Below, one piece after another: positions 61,132-64,000 of a stretch of 64,000 nucleotides of DNA. Source of the DNA: an uncultured Gammaproteobacteria bacterium (lineage in GTDB: Bacteria; Patescibacteriota; Patescibacteriia; PEXW01). The DNA is taken from positions 19,505 through 83,504 of the forward strand of contig CAZAMC010000003.1 in the NCBI GenBank assembly GCA_964486505.1, in the 5' to 3' direction. The notes under the pieces were generated by a model that was not told where the DNA came from, did no database searches, and worked only from the letters and a program-made list of their open reading frames with translations. Both the position numbers and the translations under genes were made by a program. Position 1 is the first letter of the stretch. Each line of letters begins with the position of its first letter.

Positions 61132-61231
61132 TTTTACCTCACATTTTTAGCTTTCTGCTTTCGGTAAATCCTAAGGCGCCCCTTTGGTAATGTCAACCTG
61201 AATAATAAATAAGAGAGCCTGAACAGCTCTC

Positions 61232-61798
61232 TTATTCTAATGAACCTTGCCGCTCTGCAAGAACGAGGTACGCGCAGAGGTCGGCCTTCACCGCGCAGCT
61301 GAGGGGTTCTGGAACTTCCACAAACTCCACAATGTCCAAGTAGTGCAGTTCCTGGAGATGCGTGATGCTCGGGTGTCCTTGGCGCAGAGTGAGCTGCAAC
61401 AGCTCCCGCTCCACATCAGCCGAGTTGAGCTCGAGGACTGCTGCGTCCCGAGCGTGAACGGGTACGTGGCGACCCACTTCCTCCCACCCCCGCGGTGTGA
61501 GAAAGCAAACACTGCGCGCGTTAAACTTTACTACGCCCTTCACGTACCAGCGTCTCTGCGCAACCCAACCCGCCTCTGCCTTCACTGCCGCTTCCAAACG
61601 CGGCAGGTCTACATTGAGTACCTTTAAAGAGTACAGGCAGACAAGTGCGAGGGCTACAACTGCAAGGCAAAGCGCAATCAGTTGACCACGTGCCGCCTGC
61701 GCCCCGCCGGATGACGTACAGTAGGTGTACAGCGCCAGGCATCCAAGAACAACGAGACTGGCGACTTTAATCACCTGAATCTTACGGTGCATGGTCAT
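61232..61798 (-). CDS. Hypothetical membrane protein (188 aa)
   Basis: Two N-terminal TM. TTGACA-N16-TAGGGT promoter (61837-61864), GGAGGG SD. Confidence 0.4.
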   Translation of the reverse strand: MTMHRKIQVIKVASLVVLGCLALYTYCTSSGGAQAARGQLIALCLAVVALALVCLYSLKVLNVDLPRLEAAVKAEAGWVAQRRWYVKGVVKFNARSVCFLTPRGWEEVGRHVPVHARDAAVLELNSADVERELLQLTLRQGHPSITHLQELHYLDIVEFVEVPEPLSCAVKADLCAYLVLAERQGSLE

Positions 61799-61932
61799 GT
61801 GCCCTCCGCTGTAAATTGTTTCAATGTGCTACCGCGACCCTAGCATGGTACTCGGTACTGTCAACTACTCAAATAAGACGCTCAGCAAAAAACCAGCCGG
61901 GTAACGGACTGGCGGTGGGGGCAGGACAGAGT

Positions 61933-62009
61933 TGGTGCGCCCGGCAGGATTTGAACCTACGACCTCAAGCTCCGCAAGCTTGCGCTCTATCCAACTGAGC
62001 TACGGGCGC
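61933..62009 (-). tRNA. tRNA-Arg (anticodon read as GCG), CCA encoded
   Basis: RC GCGCCCGTAGCTCAGTTGGATAGAGCGCAAGCTTGCGGAGCTTGAGGTCGTAGGTTCAAATCCTGCCGGGCGCACCA; cloverleaf folds. Terminator hairpin plus T6 at 61887-61912. Confidence 0.75.
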
Positions 62010-62056
62010 GTGTACGTGAACACTATCTGTACCATGGCGCGGAAGCCATGGCAAGG

Positions 62057-62560
62057 TTAAATTTTGAACATGCGCCCCAGCCGATCGGTAAGGTCTTCAG
62101 CTTCCCGCTCCAGATCCTCTCGGATGTACTTCTGGAGAACGGTACGCACCTTTAATGGATTTTCTTGTTGCAATGGAATGGGGTAGGAGGGACGGAATCC
62201 ACTCTTAAAAGTTAAGTACAGCACTTTAACTTCCGGTGGTTCAAACGCAATCCAAAAAGTGGCAAACTCCCGGAAGCGGTACACCCGGTCGCCGATTGTG
62301 ATACCGTCCTCATGCACGGAAAATTGCACCTTCACCGGCTGAAGGAAGTCGCGGGCGACCATTGTTACGACGATCAGGATGATGATGATGGAGAACAGGA
62401 AATTTCTCGTGACGATGGCGTAGATAAACAGCCCTACAGCCAGTAACCCAGAAACTGCGTACCAGCCCATGCCGCGTTCGTACCGGTGGAAGGAAGGAAA
62501 TTCCCACTTCAGAAGCGTCTGGGGTTGTGTGGTTCGATTAGGGTTGCTACTCTGATCCAT
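62057..62560 (-). CDS. Hypothetical membrane protein with two TM and PH-like C-terminal domain (start moved to MDQSSNP...)
   Basis: TGCTATACT -10 lies 9 nt upstream of ATG 62560. Confidence 0.4.
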   Translation of the reverse strand: MDQSSNPNRTTQPQTLLKWEFPSFHRYERGMGWYAVSGLLAVGLFIYAIVTRNFLFSIIIILIVVTMVARDFLQPVKVQFSVHEDGITIGDRVYRFREFATFWIAFEPPEVKVLYLTFKSGFRPSYPIPLQQENPLKVRTVLQKYIREDLEREAEDLTDRLGRMFKI

Positions 62561-62569
62561 ACGTGGCAG

Positions 62570-62578
62570 AGTATAGCA
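62570..62578 (-). promoter_or_regulatory. Extended -10 TGCTATACT, 9 nt upstream of ATG 62560 (leaderless)
   Basis: Same motif family. Confidence 0.45.
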
Positions 62579-62593
62579 CGTTCCGTTCATATT

Positions 62594-62687
62594 GGAGAGG
62601 TGGCCGAGTGGCTGAAGGCGGCAGGTTGCTAACCTGTTATACGGTGTTAAAGCCGTATCGAGAGTTCGAATCTCTCCCTCTCCGCCA
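62594..62687 (+). tRNA. tRNA-Ser (anticodon GCT), long variable arm, CCA encoded
   Basis: GGAGAGGTGGCCGAGTGG...CAGGTTGCTAACCTG...GAGAGTTCGAATCTCTCCCTCTCCGCCA. Confidence 0.8.
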
Positions 62688-62769
62688 GCGCGTTCTATAA
62701 TTGGCCTGACACATGGGTCATTCTCGCTATGCGAGCTCCTGCCCTATTGATCAGGCTGAGTAATTTACG

Positions 62770-62858
62770 GGTGGGGTGGCGGAGTGGTCGATCGCGGCGG
62801 TCTTGAAAACCGTTAGGGTGAATAGCCCTCGCAGGTTCGAATCCTGCCCCCACCGCCA
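62770..62858 (+). tRNA. tRNA-Ser (anticodon TGA), long variable arm, CCA encoded
   Basis: GGTGGGGTGGCGGAGTGGTCGATCGCGGCGGTCTTGAAAACCGTT...GCAGGTTCGAATCCTGCCCCCACCGCCA. TCTATAAT -10 at 62692-62699 upstream. Confidence 0.8.
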
Positions 62859-62896
62859 CTAAACCCCAGCGCTAGCTCTTGGTGTATCCTTAGAGT

Positions 62897-64000
62897 ATGC
62901 TTTCGCTTTCTACACCGGTCACCCAGCTCGTGGGCGTTGGGCCGTCAGCGGCTACACGCTTGAAACGCCTCGGCATTACCACGGCCCAAGACCTCCTGTG
63001 GCACCTCCCCTTCCGCTACGAAGACCTCACCCGCGTTGAACGCATCATTGACGTACGCGGTAACACCACAGTCTCCATCCGGGGGAAGCTTCAGCTCCTG
63101 AGCTCTCGACGCGCCGCTCGTCGTCGCGGCATGTTGGTGTTGGAGGCGATCGTCGCTGACGACACGGGCAGCCTGAAGGTTGTGTGGTTCAACCAGCCCT
63201 TCCTAGCCAAGGCACTGCGGCCAGGCGACGTGCTGTGGTTGGCCGGCAAGGTGGAGCACAATCACTTCGGTACCACGCTCGTAAACCCCACCTGGGAAAA
63301 ACGCGAAAACCCCCTGCATAGCGCCGGCGTTATTCCCATCTACCCCCTCACGGATGGCCTGACGCAAAAGCAGATGCGGCACTTCATCCACCAAGCGCTG
63401 CCCCTGGCCGCACAGCTCCCCGATCGGCTCCCTGCATCCCTTTCAACTCAAAAGCCGCTGGACCACCTCCAGGCAGCACTCTACCACGTGCACGAACCAA
63501 AGACGTTTGCCGACATTGCGGCAGGCCGTCGCCGACTTGGTTTTGAGGAGCTCCTCATCGTCCATTTAGCAGTCCTGCAAGAACGGGCCGCCCTCACGCA
63601 GGCCTCGAGTGTGCGCATTCCTTTTGACCAAGAAAAGACAGTCGCTTTTGTCCAACGCCTGCCCTTCACCCTCACCCCGGGCCAGAAACGTTCGGCGTGG
63701 GACATCCTCCAGGACATGGATACACCGCACCCTATGAACCGTCTCGTGGAAGGTGACGTGGGCTCTGGAAAGACCGTAGTGGCGGCGATTGCCATTCTCA
63801 ACGTAACGGCTGCCGGATGCCAGACCGCGTACCTCGCGCCTACCGAAATATTGGCACGGCAGCACTTTGAAAAAATCACCAAGCTGCTCAAGCCTTTCAA
63901 TACGCGCGTGGGCCTTTTCACGCAAGCTAGCCGGCGGCTTTCCACAACGGAAAAGCCAGTGACGAAAACCGCCATGCTCCAGGCCCTCCGAGATGGAAAT
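62897..64000 (+). CDS. recG: ATP-dependent DNA helicase RecG (5' part; continues beyond window; absent from the ORF track)
   Basis: Manual translation MLSLSTPVTQLVGVGPSAATRLKRLGITTAQDLLWHLPFRYED... (wedge domain) ...GDVGSGKTVVAAIAIL (Walker A); no stop before 64000. Confidence 0.85.
   Translation, partial: MLSLSTPVTQLVGVGPSAATRLKRLGITTAQDLLWHLPFRYEDLTRVERIIDVRGNTTVSIRGKLQLLSSRRAARRRGMLVLEAIVADDTGSLKVVWFNQPFLAKALRPGDVLWLAGKVEHNHFGTTLVNPTWEKRENPLHSAGVIPIYPLTDGLTQKQMRHFIHQALPLAAQLPDRLPASLSTQKPLDHLQAALYHVHEPKTFADIAAGRRRLGFEELLIVHLAVLQERAALTQASSVRIPFDQEKTVAFVQRLPFTLTPGQKRSAWDILQDMDTPHPMNRLVEGDVGSGKTVVAAIAILNVTAAGCQTAYLAPTEILARQHFEKITKLLKPFNTRVGLFTQASRRLSTTEKPVTKTAMLQALRDGN

Noticed and set aside
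62881-62896. TGTATCCT / TAGAGT immediately abutting the recG ATG as a leaderless promoter
   Set aside because: The -10-like hexamer ends 0-1 nt from the ATG, too close for a TSS at or before the start codon, and the match to the TGCTATACT family is poor.

Overview
High-GC (~60%) bacterial window. The first ~17 kb is one minus-strand ribosomal super-operon, in transcription order: rpsL, rpsG, fusA, tuf, rpsJ, rplC, rplD, rplW, rplB, rpsS, rplV, rpsC, rplP, rpmC, rpsQ, rplN, rplX, rplE, rpsZ, rpsH, rplF, rplR, rpsE, rplO, secY, adk, map, then ruvX and a partial WecA-like gene. There is no rpmD (L30) between rpsE and rplO, a hallmark of CPR/Patescibacteria-like lineages. The lineage assignment is an inference from gene content only. 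A variable region follows: two M50 site-2 proteases flanking an unlisted rpmB, tRNA-Pro, an orphan Cache/HAMP sensor, metK behind a candidate SAM-I riboswitch, ndk, gatCA, an ECF sigma factor and ligA. The main accessory feature is a ~25 kb minus-strand type IV pilus supercluster (30.4-55.3 kb). It holds two Sec-secreted giant surface proteins, pilM, a proline-rich pilN, pilO, an FN3 membrane protein, pilB, a REC-only regulator, a P-loop-degenerate pilT, pilC, two pilins, a Wzy_C+TPR candidate pilin glycosylase, a non-E5 pilin-like gene, pilD, and a minor-pilin operon (two fimT-like, pilV, pilW, pilX). The window ends with lemA-htpX, clpC, comFC, tRNA-Arg, two tRNA-Ser and the 5' part of recG. 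Promoters appear to fall into two classes: TTGACA-N16/17-TAGrrT with a Shine-Dalgarno leader, and an extended -10 (TGCTATACT-like) sitting 6-9 nt upstream of ATG, implying leaderless mRNAs. No CRISPR array, rRNA or mobile element was seen. All calls rest on reading the supplied translations and sequence by eye; no searches were run.
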